Part shown: one piece after another, positions 42,672-51,601 of the stretch
How the letters are laid out: each line of letters begins with the position of its first letter
Position numbering within the stretch: the first letter of the stretch is position 1
IMG/VR virus record: IMGVR_UViG_2718217885_000014
Coordinates: 1-52,969 of that record
Source: a virus
Taxonomy: Duplodnaviria > Heunggongvirae > Uroviricota > Caudoviricetes
Direction: 5' to 3' (one strand)
DNA: 52,969 bases
Made by a program: the position numbers and the translations under genes
The notes under the pieces: model-generated
Seen by the model: only the letters and a program-made list of their open reading frames with translations
What the model was told of the DNA's origin: nothing
The model's database searches: none

Positions 42672-43831
42672 TTACGCCCCCTTACCTCTGAAGAGTTCAG
42701 CGACGAATGAATAAGACGGGCAAGAAATGCCGCATCGTTAATTCGGTCATACAGACTTACAGCCAGCGGTGATTCAGCTTTTTCCAGCATGGGATAAAGC
42801 TGCTGCAACCAGACCTGATGAATTGATGAAATGTAGGAATAGAGTACGCTGGCGTTATGTGCAACGTCGCTCGGTACAGCGGGCTTTGAAAGCTGTTTCT
42901 CCATCTGGTTAAAGGCATTGATGTATGCCTCCTTGAACTGGGCTGCACGTTTGCCAGTGAAGCCCATTGCCAAGAACGCGAAGCCGTCGCGGGTGATGTG
43001 GTAGCAAGGAAGTTTGCGAGTACCGCCGTTGGGCTGGTGTACCCAAATTGATGTCTCCGCAAAATTGCGGGCACAAAACTCTGGAGAACAATCCAAAATG
43101 CGGATCTTTTTCAGAACATCGTCATGACGTTTAGAGAAGAAGTCAGCAACAGCCAAAGAAGATGTAACAGCCTGACCATCAACGATGGCAATTTCAGGTT
43201 GAGAGAGGGTTGGGAGAGTAGTCATGGTGACAGCCCCGGTAGTCAGTTTTTCAGAAAACTCACCACATGGGACGCCAATCACAGAGGTGGTGAGACGTAC
43301 AGGGTTGGCGTTACCGGAGACTACCGAACCCGGCCCGACCGAAGTCGGCCCTGTACGCCCCACCATAATTTGGGCGTAGCAATGCTCATGACACGAAAAA
43401 ACCGCATGAGCGCGGTTATGCTCAGTAATCAATTTCAGGACGCCAATCCCGGCACCCGTTTTATAAGGTGCCTGAACAGTGTAACGTCCCGGAATGGCAG
43501 AATCAATGTGCTGGTGGTCCTTCACACTCAACAAAATCACGCCTGAATTTCCACAAAGGACTAAAGCACTCATGCGGGTAGTCTTTGCGAAGATAGATAA
43601 CGCGCTGTGTATCTGGTTCCCAACGAATAACATGGACATAAAGCCCTCTTCCGTCACGAAACCAGCGGTTAAGTTCCTGCACAACTCGCCCCCCACAGTC
43701 AGGTAAAGTTCTCTGTGGTTACTTACAGCCAGGTGATTTGGTAATCTGCATTCATGCCGTAACAACAGGAGTTCAGCGACGCTGACCACCAGCTGTTGCG
43801 ACAAACGGTTATTTGCCGTTAAACTGTTCAT
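42668..43831 (-). CDS. Rha-family phage regulatory protein with about 200-aa N-terminal extension (possible alternative start at 43225)
   Basis: 387-aa ORF; residues from about 203 (MTTLPTLSQPEIAIVDGQAVTSSLAVADFFSKRHDDVLKKIRILDC) resemble the Phage_pRha domain; start ATG overlaps the stop of the upstream gene, supporting the long form; ATG at 43223-43225 would give 185 aa. Confidence 0.6.
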   Translation of the reverse strand: MNSLTANNRLSQQLVVSVAELLLLRHECRLPNHLAVSNHRELYLTVGGELCRNLTAGFVTEEGFMSMLFVGNQIHSALSIFAKTTRMSALVLCGNSGVILLSVKDHQHIDSAIPGRYTVQAPYKTGAGIGVLKLITEHNRAHAVFSCHEHCYAQIMVGRTGPTSVGPGSVVSGNANPVRLTTSVIGVPCGEFSEKLTTGAVTMTTLPTLSQPEIAIVDGQAVTSSLAVADFFSKRHDDVLKKIRILDCSPEFCARNFAETSIWVHQPNGGTRKLPCYHITRDGFAFLAMGFTGKRAAQFKEAYINAFNQMEKQLSKPAVPSDVAHNASVLYSYISSIHQVWLQQLYPMLEKAESPLAVSLYDRINDAAFLARLIHSSLNSSEVRGRK

Positions 43832-44379
43832 GCGTTAGTTTCTCCACAGACACAAAACGCCACGACGCCCGGAGCTGCACACTCGCGGGCGTCACTCTTT
43901 TCTGGAGCGCAAAAGATTTTGTAGACCAGTGCTGCATGCTCCTGGAGCTTCGAAATTGACAGATACAACTCATCATTAATTGCTGTCTGCTCGTGTGGCT
44001 CCACTACCCCATCTTCGATTGCCGAACGAATCTGCTTTGAGTAACTCCCGATCTGTTCGATGACTTCCAGCAGGCGCTGGTTTATATCGGCGTTCTCTAC
44101 TTCCTCAATTTCAGGAAGCGATACGAACACCCCACCAGCAGACTGTGCGACAGCATCCGCAATGTAGTGAGTGCCAGCTGCGCGCTGTAAAACCATTGCC
44201 CATCCCAGCGGGAAAATCTGATCGCCATCGGCACGAAGGCGGTTAAATAATGCGTTCTCTGTTACATCCAGCCAGTCAGCAGCTTCAGCGTAACCACCCG
44301 GCAACGCCGCGATAGTTTTTCTGACAGCTTTCACGTACCACTCAGGCTGTTTTTCTACTTTCCAGTGATGCTTACCCAC
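43828..44379 (-). CDS. hypothetical early protein in the cII position (YdaT-like, tentative)
   Basis: Proposed GTG start at 44377-44379 with GAGGAG Shine-Dalgarno 6 nt upstream; track ORF extends to 44490 overlapping cro; family assignment is a guess from position. Confidence 0.5.
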   Translation of the reverse strand: MGKHHWKVEKQPEWYVKAVRKTIAALPGGYAEAADWLDVTENALFNRLRADGDQIFPLGWAMVLQRAAGTHYIADAVAQSAGGVFVSLPEIEEVENADINQRLLEVIEQIGSYSKQIRSAIEDGVVEPHEQTAINDELYLSISKLQEHAALVYKIFCAPEKSDARECAAPGVVAFCVCGETNA

Positions 44380-44407
44380 GGTTAACTCCTCGTTTCTGTG
44401 GTTACGT

Positions 44408-44671
44408 TTACGCAACTGAACCGCTAACTTTTGAATAGCACTCTGGTAATCCATCATTTGGATTTGGATAAATATCAGGACGCAGCTCATGGGGGGTTAC
44501 GGACCAGTTCCCCAGCTCACAAAGTTGTAAAACTCGTTCCGACGGGACTTGATTGTTAATTACCCAATTAGCGACAGATTGAGTAGATTTAAAACCAAAG
44601 CGACGAGCTACTTCAGATAAAGACTTTCCCGCAGCCTTTACTGCTTTCTCGGTGTAGTTTTGAGATGACAT
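44408..44671 (-). CDS. cro: Cro-like HTH repressor
   Basis: 87 aa; HTH (LSEVARRFGFKSTQSVANWV); GAGGAG Shine-Dalgarno; divergent from cI across an operator/promoter region. Confidence 0.8.
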   Translation of the reverse strand: MSSQNYTEKAVKAAGKSLSEVARRFGFKSTQSVANWVINNQVPSERVLQLCELGNWSVTPHELRPDIYPNPNDGLPECYSKVSGSVA

Positions 44672-44698
44672 ATCTTTCTCCTCTGAAATCCAGAGGGG

Positions 44699-44741
44699 AT
44701 AATGCTACTTAAAGTAGCGAATTGCAACTACTTAAAATAGA
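44699..44741. promoter_or_regulatory. OR operator/promoter region (PR for cro, putative PRM for cI)
   Basis: Pseudo-palindrome GCTACTTAAAGTAGC (44704-44718) and related CTACTTAAAATAG (44728-44740); minus-strand PR: -35 TTGCAA (44722-44727), 17-nt spacer, -10 CATTAT (44699-44704); plus-strand TAAAAT (44733-44738) 5 nt before the cI ATG suggests a leaderless cI transcript. Confidence 0.6.
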
Positions 44742-44742
44742 A

Positions 44743-45483
44743 ATGACGAGCGTATGTGATGTGAGTAATCTTCTACCTATGGTAGAAGAACAGAAGTATC
44801 CAGATTTCGCCAAGAGACTAAACGAGTTAATGACAAACAAGGGAATTTCTGTCACCCAACTCAAAAGTCTTGTTGGCGTTACATATGAAATGGCGCGGCG
44901 ATACACAATCGGCGCAGCGAAGCCTCGTGCCTCTGTCATGAATAAACTTGCGTTGGCTCTGGGGGTATCGGCTTCATATTTAGAATATGGTGTTGGCGAG
45001 AGAGAAGGATGTAAGGAAATGGCAAGCATCCCCAATCCAACAAAACCCGACGTATACAGGATAGAAGTTTTAGATCTTAGCGTTAGCGCAGGACCTGGAA
45101 CCTATATGCTTTCAGACTATGTTGATGTGCTCTACGCCATTGAGTTCACAACAGAACATGCCCGTTCTCTTTTCGGTAACCGTTCTCAGGATGATATTAA
45201 GGTTATGACTGTAAATGGCGATAGTATGTCCCCTACTCTCGTTTCCGGAGATCGACTGTTTGTCGACATTTCTGTTCGTCACTTCCAGACTGATGGAATT
45301 TACTCTTTCGTTTACGGTAAGACTTTTCATGTTAAACGTCTTCAAATGCAAGGTGACAAGCTAGCCGTTCTTTCGGATAACCCTGCCTATGAGAAATGGT
45401 ACATCGATGAAAAATCGCAGGATCAGCTTTATGTAATGGGCAAGGCGTTGATTCATGAGTCAATAAAATACAATCGGTTATAG
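44743..45483 (+). CDS. cI: CI-type prophage repressor (XRE HTH plus S24 LexA-like autopeptidase domain)
   Basis: HTH (FAKRLNELMTNKGISVTQLKSLVGVTYEMARRY); S24 motifs VNGDSMSPTL (Ser) and FHVKRL (Lys); start uncertain (ATG 44743 chosen; in-frame ATG 44779 and track TTG 44722 are alternatives). Confidence 0.85.
   Translation: MTSVCDVSNLLPMVEEQKYPDFAKRLNELMTNKGISVTQLKSLVGVTYEMARRYTIGAAKPRASVMNKLALALGVSASYLEYGVGEREGCKEMASIPNPTKPDVYRIEVLDLSVSAGPGTYMLSDYVDVLYAIEFTTEHARSLFGNRSQDDIKVMTVNGDSMSPTLVSGDRLFVDISVRHFQTDGIYSFVYGKTFHVKRLQMQGDKLAVLSDNPAYEKWYIDEKSQDQLYVMGKALIHESIKYNRL
44771..44787. promoter_or_regulatory. 17-bp palindrome TTCTACC-TAT-GGTAGAA of unknown function
   Basis: Perfect 7-bp inverted arms with 3-bp spacer; differs from the OR/OL operator sequence; lies within or at the 5' end of cI depending on start choice. 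Confidence 0.35.
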
Positions 45484-45498
45484 TTCTAAGGGCATATA

Positions 45499-45846
45499 AT
45501 GGCTAGTGAGCAGGGATTCGAAAAGATTAACATGGATATGTTGGTCTCTTATTTCTCAGAAAAGAATATATATCTAAAATGTACACTATGTGGACACGAC
45601 AGATTGACTGTGCCTCAAGTCAGCGCGAATGTGGGCATGCCATGTACTATGAAACTTGGTAGTTATGTGAATGTTTTTACTGAAAAAAGCATTTATTCTG
45701 ATACTGCTAACCAGTATTACTTTTCACTAATATGCAACAATTGTGGAAATGAAATTCATATAAATGCGTTTTCAGTTTTGAACTGGGTAAATGAAAAGTT
45801 CCCAGCAAAAACGGAAGATGAAAAAAATGCCGACGCCGCAAAATAA
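45499..45846 (+). CDS. hypothetical protein with two CxxC motifs, first gene downstream of cI
   Basis: 115 aa; CTLCGH and CNNCGN motifs about 50 residues apart (possible zinc ribbon); starts 15 nt after the cI stop. Confidence 0.6.
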   Translation: MASEQGFEKINMDMLVSYFSEKNIYLKCTLCGHDRLTVPQVSANVGMPCTMKLGSYVNVFTEKSIYSDTANQYYFSLICNNCGNEIHINAFSVLNWVNEKFPAKTEDEKNADAAK

Positions 45847-46198
45847 TGTAGTACCATTTAATAGTGAACTTCCCACAATTAGAAGACACGGTGGAGATGG
45901 CGGAGGTGATGACATGCTTGAAGCCCGAGTCGCTAAGTTAGAAGCGAATGTTGAGGATATAAAAACAAATCTCGCAGAGATGAGAGCTGACATTCGTGAT
46001 TTGCGAAACGCTCTCTCCGACACCCGACGCGATGTCGCTGTTATCCTTCAAAAACAAATAGATATAGATGAAAAGTTGTCAAAAAAACCTAGCCTAAGTG
46101 AAGTCAACAGCGCTATTTCATCAGCCGTAAATAAACAGATCGCATGGACTGTTGCAACAGGCTTGGCGATTTTAGGTCTCGCCAAATTTATGTTTTGA
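45827..46198 (+). CDS. hypothetical coiled-coil protein with C-terminal transmembrane anchor, second gene downstream of cI
   Basis: About 123 aa from ATG 45827 (GGAAG 10 nt upstream); heptad-like region LEARVAKLEANVEDIKTNLAEMRADIRDLRNAL; C-terminal hydrophobic tail IAWTVATGLAILGLAKFMF; overlaps the 3' end of the preceding gene in another frame. Confidence 0.55.
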   Translation: MPTPQNNVVPFNSELPTIRRHGGDGGGDDMLEARVAKLEANVEDIKTNLAEMRADIRDLRNALSDTRRDVAVILQKQIDIDEKLSKKPSLSEVNSAISSAVNKQIAWTVATGLAILGLAKFMF

Positions 46199-46504
46199 TA
46201 AGTTTTTGACTATGACCTGCCCTAGTTTTCTTACTATCGAGGCTAAATCACACAATCCATTGAGTAGTAAATTCCCTACCGTTTTACACTTAGCCTCCAA
46301 AAACTCAACAATACTCTCATGATTGACTTCTCCCCACTTGATGATTAACTAGATCACATACTGATCTCAGCCACAATGAAACAATCCATCACGTTCTACA
46401 ACTCAGCTAACTTCACAATATAATTTTTTGATCATAGCCCCCAAAATATTTTACCTGTAAATTCAATGAATTAATTTCAAAATGCGTTTTTATGCCCTTA
46501 ACTT

Positions 46505-46541
46505 CTACTTTTTGTAGTTGATTTTTGCAACTTTAAGTAGC
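46505..46541. promoter_or_regulatory. OL operator/PL promoter region
   Basis: CTACTTTTTGTAG (46505-46517) and AACTTTAAGTAGC (46529-46541) share the CTAC..GTAG arms of the OR sites; possible plus-strand promoter TTGATT-17-CAATAT. Confidence 0.5.
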
Positions 46542-46669
46542 AATATCATTTTACCGACAACGAACAGGCAGGACGCCCACGAAGTAGCCGCCTGGGGCAT
46601 ATGAAGTCCAGGATGATTCGTTGAGTCATGTTGTGCCACTAGGCACTCATGTTAAAGCAGGTGTATGAA

Positions 46670-46945
46670 ATGAAAGTCCAGATTTTAAACAATAACTGTG
46701 AAGTCGTTTGGTCATACGACATAGCCGCCCCTGTAGATCAGAGCGGCGATAGCTGGACCAATGGGAAACATCAGATTATGGCTGGAGTTGTGTTCTCTTT
46801 ACGCCGTGCTTTGGAACAGGCTGAAGTATTTCCATCAGACCCTGAATGGAAATGGCCTTTTTCTATTTGTCCAAATTCGGAGAGCACATTTCAGAAAATT
46901 GGTCAGAAAGTCGCACTCGAAGAGCATCAGCCAACTGTTTCCTGA
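46670..46945 (+). CDS. hypothetical protein, first ORF after PL
   Basis: 92 aa from ATG 46670 with AGGTG Shine-Dalgarno; no recognisable family. Confidence 0.4.
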   Translation: MKVQILNNNCEVVWSYDIAAPVDQSGDSWTNGKHQIMAGVVFSLRRALEQAEVFPSDPEWKWPFSICPNSESTFQKIGQKVALEEHQPTVS

Positions 46946-47108
46946 TTTTTTCAGGTAACTCGTCGGCATCGCAGAAACAACAACGCTCGATCATGTTGAA
47001 AGCCGATTCGTAGAACTGTTTCTGCTGAGTGTCGCTGAGACAGGAAAAGAGCGACGTTACGATGATTTTATTAATTGCATTATCAAGTTCTTTTTCATCA
47101 AAAGTCAT
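46863..47108 (-). CDS. hypothetical protein, convergent with and overlapping the previous ORF
   Basis: 81-aa ORF with AAGGA Shine-Dalgarno; Cys-rich (CCFCD); overlaps 46670-46945 by 83 bp on the opposite strand, so one of the two may be spurious. Confidence 0.35.
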   Translation of the reverse strand: MTFDEKELDNAINKIIVTSLFSCLSDTQQKQFYESAFNMIERCCFCDADELPEKIRKQLADALRVRLSDQFSEMCSPNLDK

Positions 47109-47527
47109 TTGATTTTCCTTTTATGTATACGGGCTTAAAAGGATACCACCGAGCCTGAAGTGGTGAAAAGACAGGCACATAACAGCTAAGTATTTTCAAC
47201 CAAAGAGAATCCTTAGCGTTGTGGTGAATGCGGCTCAGCGCACGCGGGTTAAGGTTGAGGCTGACAGTCGACCTTCTGTGGATACCCACCCGTCTGGTGT
47301 GCAACCTTCGCCAGGCACCGGGAGGCACCCGACACCACAACTTTATGCTGTGTGTAGTCCTGGCGGTACCAGTTTGTACCCTTGCTTCCGGCTGGTACCG
47401 TCCTTTTTACAAAACAGAGAAGAGCATCACCGGACGACGGGCTCATAACCCAATCCAACCGGGCGGCTGCCACCGCAGGTGTTCTTCTCTGTTTTGTGGA
47501 GAAACCAACCGACCTTGCAGGGTCGAT

Positions 47528-47908
47528 ATGATGAGGAGCAGCAAAATGGCTAGCGAACGCAGTACTGATGTGCAGGCATTTATCGGGGAGCTGGACGGCG
47601 GCGTATTTGAAACCAAAATCGGCGCAGTTCTCAGTGAAGTCGCTTCCGGTGTGATGAACACGAAAACCAAAGGGAAGGTCTCACTCAACCTGGAAATCGA
47701 ACCATTTGATGAGAACCGTGTGAAAATCAAACACAAACTCTCATATGTTCGCCCGACTAACCGCGGGAAAATTTCCGAAGAAGACACCACCGAAACGCCG
47801 ATGTATGTCAATCGCGGTGGTCGCCTGACTATTCTGCAGGAAGACCAGGGACAATTACTGACTCTTGCCGGTGAACCTGACGGAAAACTACGCGCAGCAG
47901 GTCATTAA
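47528..47908 (+). CDS. hypothetical early-left protein (YfdP-like)
   Basis: About 126 aa from ATG 47528 (MMRSSKMASERSTDVQAFIGELDGGVFETKIGAVLSEV); the upstream 100 codons of the track ORF look non-coding. Confidence 0.6.
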   Translation: MMRSSKMASERSTDVQAFIGELDGGVFETKIGAVLSEVASGVMNTKTKGKVSLNLEIEPFDENRVKIKHKLSYVRPTNRGKISEEDTTETPMYVNRGGRLTILQEDQGQLLTLAGEPDGKLRAAGH

Positions 47909-47973
47909 TATCGTTCTTAATTAACTGATTATTTATCTCATCACTGAATATCTTTATATAGTGAGGACTTATT

Positions 47974-48798
47974 ATGTCTCAGAACTTAGACGCAACCGCA
48001 ATTAATCAAATCCATGCCCTTATTTCTGCTCAGGGTGTTAATGAAATTATCAGTAAGATTGGTGCCGATGCTGTGGCATTGCCTGAGAATTTCCGCATTC
48101 ATGATCTGGAAAAATTTAATTTAAATCGTTTCCGTTTCCGTGGTGCGCTTTCCACTGCAAGCATCGATGACTTTACCCGTTATTCTAAAGATCTTGCAGA
48201 TGAAGGCACCCGCTGCTTTATCGATGCTGATAATATGCGTGCCGTCAGTGTGCTTAACCTGGGTACTATTGATGAACCAGGTCACGCAGATAACACCGCC
48301 ACTCTCAAACTGAAAAAGACAGCACCGTTCTCTGCTCTGTTGTCTGTTAATGGCGAGCGTAACTCCCAGAAATCACTGGCAGAATGGATTGAAGACTGGG
48401 CCGACTACCTTGTGGGCTTTGATACTAATGGTGACACCATTCAGGCAACAAAAGCGGCTGCGGCGGTCCGTAAAATCACGATTGAAGCGAACCAGACCGC
48501 TGATTTTGAAGATAATGACTTCAGCGGCAAACGCTCTCTGATGGAGTCTGTCGAAGCGAAAACCAAAGACATTATGCCAGTGGCATTTGAATTTAAATGC
48601 GTTCCGTTTGAAGGCCTGAAAGAACGTCCGTTTAAATTACGCCTCAGCATTATCACTGGCGATCGTCCTGTACTGGTTCTGCGCATTATTCAGCTGGAAG
48701 CGGTGCAGGAAGAAATGGCTAACGAATTTCGTGATCTGCTTGTTGAGAAATTCAAAGACAGCAAAGTAGAAACCTTCATTGGTACTTTCAGCGCCTGA
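47974..48798 (+). CDS. yfdQ: DUF2303-type prophage protein (YfdQ-like)
   Basis: 274 aa, the length remembered for K-12 YfdQ; gene order YfdP-Q-R-S-T preserved. Confidence 0.6.
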   Translation: MSQNLDATAINQIHALISAQGVNEIISKIGADAVALPENFRIHDLEKFNLNRFRFRGALSTASIDDFTRYSKDLADEGTRCFIDADNMRAVSVLNLGTIDEPGHADNTATLKLKKTAPFSALLSVNGERNSQKSLAEWIEDWADYLVGFDTNGDTIQATKAAAAVRKITIEANQTADFEDNDFSGKRSLMESVEAKTKDIMPVAFEFKCVPFEGLKERPFKLRLSIITGDRPVLVLRIIQLEAVQEEMANEFRDLLVEKFKDSKVETFIGTFSA

Positions 48799-48926
48799 TT
48801 TCATTACTGCAAATGCCCCTGCGGGGGCATTTATGGAAACATAATCGACTCAATAATCGCCGGATGGTGAGGGCTTCCTTTTACCAGAATTCAGCGTGGT
48901 GCAGCACATATAACGTGGAGAACAAT

Positions 48927-49463
48927 ATGCCATTTATTAAAACTTTTTCTGGGAAGCATTTTTATTATGACAAGATAAATAAAGACGACATCGTGATTAA
49001 CGATATCGCGGTTTCCCTTTCAAATATCTGTCGCTTTGCAGGACATCTTTCACACTTCTACAGCGTCGCCCAACATGCGGTGCTTTGCAGCCAACTGGTA
49101 CCGCAGGAATTTGCTTTTGAAGCGTTAATGCATGATGCAACAGAAGCGTATTGTCAGGACATCCCCGCGCCACTGAAACGCCTTCTTCCTGACTATAAAC
49201 GGATGGAAGAAAAAATAGACGCCGTAATCCGTGAGAAATACGGGTTACCCCCAGTTATGAGTACGCCCGTGAAATATGCCGATCTTATCATGCTGGCAAC
49301 CGAACGCCGCGATCTCGGGCTTGATGATGGCTCTTTCTGGCCTGTACTGGAAGGCATCCCGGCAACAGAGATGTTCAACGTGATTCCACTGGCACCTAGC
49401 CATGCCTACGGGATGTTTATGGAACGTTTTAACGAGTTATCGGAGTTACGCAAATGCGCATGA
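48927..49463 (+). CDS. yfdR: HD-domain phosphohydrolase (YfdR-like)
   Basis: 178 aa from ATG 48927 (GGAG Shine-Dalgarno); HD motif region (HLSHFYSVAQHAVLCSQLV...ALMHDATEAY). Confidence 0.7.
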   Translation: MPFIKTFSGKHFYYDKINKDDIVINDIAVSLSNICRFAGHLSHFYSVAQHAVLCSQLVPQEFAFEALMHDATEAYCQDIPAPLKRLLPDYKRMEEKIDAVIREKYGLPPVMSTPVKYADLIMLATERRDLGLDDGSFWPVLEGIPATEMFNVIPLAPSHAYGMFMERFNELSELRKCA

Positions 49464-49816
49464 ATGTTTTCGAAATGGAAGGGTTTCTTCGCGGGAAATG
49501 TGTACCGCGAGATCTGAAAGTGAACGAAACAAACGCTGAGTACCTGGTACGTAAATTCGACGCGCTTGAAGCTAAATGTGCGGCACTGGAAAACAAAATA
49601 ATACCAGTGTCAGCTGAACTGCCACCAGCAAATGAAAGTGTTCTGTTATTTGATGCTAACGGAGAAGGCTGGCTGATTGGCTGGCGTTCTCTCTGGTACA
49701 CCTGGGGACAAAAAGAAACCGGAGAATGGCAGTGGACATTTCAGGTCGGGGACCTTGAAAACTTCAATATCACTCACTGGGCAGTAATGCCAAAAGCGCC
49801 GGAGGCTGGAGCATAA
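49454..49816 (+). CDS. yfdS: DUF551-type prophage protein (YfdS-like)
   Basis: 120-aa ORF, matching the length and position remembered for K-12 YfdS. Confidence 0.6.
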   Translation: MRMNVFEMEGFLRGKCVPRDLKVNETNAEYLVRKFDALEAKCAALENKIIPVSAELPPANESVLLFDANGEGWLIGWRSLWYTWGQKETGEWQWTFQVGDLENFNITHWAVMPKAPEAGA

Positions 49817-50121
49817 TGACCACATTTACCAATAAAGAACTAATTAAAGAAATCAAAGAACGAATCAGCAGCCTAGAGGTTCGAGACGATATTGAGCGCC
49901 GTGCTTATGAAATCGCACTCGTATCTCTGGAAGTAGAGCCAGATGAACGCGAAGCCTATGAATTATTCATGGAAAAGCGTTTCGGTGACTTAGTAGATCG
50001 TCGGAGAGCAAAAAACGGCGATAACGAATACATGGCATGGGATATGACTCTCGGTTGGATCGTCTGGCAGCAACGAGCTGGTATCCATTTTTCAACAATG
50101 ACACAGCAAGAGGTGAAATAA
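49816..50121 (+). CDS. yfdT: hypothetical prophage protein (YfdT-like)
   Basis: 101-aa ORF; its stop overlaps the xis start (TAATG). Confidence 0.6.
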   Translation: MTTFTNKELIKEIKERISSLEVRDDIERRAYEIALVSLEVEPDEREAYELFMEKRFGDLVDRRRAKNGDNEYMAWDMTLGWIVWQQRAGIHFSTMTQQEVK

Positions 50122-50471
50122 TGGAGCCATACAGCCTCACACTCGATGAGGCCTGTCATTTTCTCAAGATATCCAGACCGACTGCCATTAATTGGATACG
50201 CACAGGGCGTCTTCAGGCAACACGCAAAGATCCCACTAAGAATAAATCTCCTTACCTCACAACACGACAAGCCTGCATTGCGGCTCTTCAGTCTCCGCTG
50301 CATACTGTCCAGGTGAGCGCGGGTGATGGCATAACAGAGGAAAGAAAATGTCACTCTTCCGCAGAGGTGAAATATGGTACGCCAGTTTCACATTGCCGAA
50401 CGGAAAAAGATTTAAACAGTCTCTTGGAACAAAGGACAAAAGGCAGGCGACAGAACTCCATGACAAGCTAA
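50121..50471 (+). CDS. xis: excisionase (AlpA/HTH_17-like)
   Basis: 116 aa from ATG 50121 (AGGTGA Shine-Dalgarno); HTH region [26 protein letters not shown]; 3' end overlaps the integrase start. Confidence 0.65.
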   Translation: MEPYSLTLDEACHFLKISRPTAINWIRTGRLQATRKDPTKNKSPYLTTRQACIAALQSPLHTVQVSAGDGITEERKCHSSAEVKYGTPVSHCRTEKDLNSLLEQRTKGRRQNSMTS

Positions 50472-51511
50472 AGGCTGAAGCATGGCGGGTCAGCAAACTT
50501 GGTGAAATACCTGATATAACGTTCGAGGAAGCGTGTGTCAGGTGGCTTGAAGAGAAAGCACATAAAAAATCACTGGACGATGACAAAAGCCGGATCGGAT
50601 TCTGGCTTCAACATTTCGCAGGAATGCAACTAAGAGACATTACTGAATCAAAAATTTATTCAGCAATGCAGAAAATGACGAACCGGCGTCATGAGGAAAA
50701 CTGGAAACTCAGGGCAGAAGCATGCAGAAAAAAAGGGAAACCTGTTCCAGAATACACGCCAAAACCAGCGTCCGTTGCAACGAAGGCTACGCATCTTTCA
50801 TTTATAAAGGCCCTACTAAGAGCCGCAGAGCGTGAATGGAAAATGCTGGATAAGACACCAATTATTAAAGTGCCTCAACCAAAGAATAAACGGATCCGCT
50901 GGCTGGAGCCTCATGAAGCACAAAGGCTGATTGATGAATGTCCGGAGCCATTAAAGTCTGTTGTTGAATTTGCACTGGCAACAGGCTTAAGACGCTCGAA
51001 CATCATCAACCTTGAATGGCAACAAATAGATATGCAGCGCCGGGTGGCATGGATAAACCCGGAAGAGAGTAAATCAAACCGCGCAATTGGCGTTGCGCTG
51101 AATGATACTGCATGTCGCATATTGAAAAAACAAATAGGGAATCATCACCGTTGGGTATTTGTGTACAAGGAAAGCTGTACCAAACCAGACGGAACAAAAG
51201 CGCCAACAGTAAGGAAGATGCGGTATGACGCAAACACAGCCTGGAAAGCGGCGCTGAGACGGGCTGGTATTGATGATTTCAGATTTCACGACTTGAGACA
51301 CACCTGGGCAAGTTGGCTGGTTCAAGCCGGAGTCCCGTTGTCAGTGTTACAGGAAATGGGAGGCTGGGAGTCTATCGAAATGGTTCGTCGATATGCTCAC
51401 CTTGCACCTAATCACCTTACCGAACACGCACGGCAAATAGACTCGATCCTGATCCCATCGGTCCCAAATTTGTCCCAGTCAAAAAATAAGGAAGGTACTA
51501 ATGATGTGTAA
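50348..51511 (+). CDS. int: tyrosine site-specific integrase
   Basis: 387 aa; C-terminal catalytic region with R...HDLRHT...Y motifs ([26 protein letters not shown]); ends 14 nt before the 3' end of thrW. Confidence 0.9.
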   Translation: MSLFRRGEIWYASFTLPNGKRFKQSLGTKDKRQATELHDKLKAEAWRVSKLGEIPDITFEEACVRWLEEKAHKKSLDDDKSRIGFWLQHFAGMQLRDITESKIYSAMQKMTNRRHEENWKLRAEACRKKGKPVPEYTPKPASVATKATHLSFIKALLRAAEREWKMLDKTPIIKVPQPKNKRIRWLEPHEAQRLIDECPEPLKSVVEFALATGLRRSNIINLEWQQIDMQRRVAWINPEESKSNRAIGVALNDTACRILKKQIGNHHRWVFVYKESCTKPDGTKAPTVRKMRYDANTAWKAALRRAGIDDFRFHDLRHTWASWLVQAGVPLSVLQEMGGWESIEMVRRYAHLAPNHLTEHARQIDSILIPSVPNLSQSKNKEGTNDV

Positions 51512-51525
51512 CTTATTGATTTAGA

Positions 51526-51601
51526 TGGTGCCGATAATAGGAGTCGAACCTACGACCTTCGCATTACGAATGCGCTGCTCTACCAACTGAGCTATATCGG
51601 C
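51526..51601 (-). tRNA. thrW: tRNA-Thr (anticodon CGU), thrW; prophage attachment site
   Basis: 76-nt cloverleaf with anticodon loop TTCGTAA and encoded CCA; sequence matches E. coli thrW from memory; integrase converges on its 3' end. Confidence 0.85.

Noticed and set aside
47228-47527. N-terminal 100 codons of the 226-aa track ORF upstream of the yfdP-like gene
   Set aside because: Translation is low-complexity and the region contains the long inverted repeat; the real gene most likely starts at ATG 47528. Treated as non-coding structured DNA.
47160-47527. Retron msr/msd interpretation of the GC-rich inverted-repeat element
   Set aside because: No reverse transcriptase gene is nearby; downstream genes are YfdP/Q/R/S/T-like proteins.
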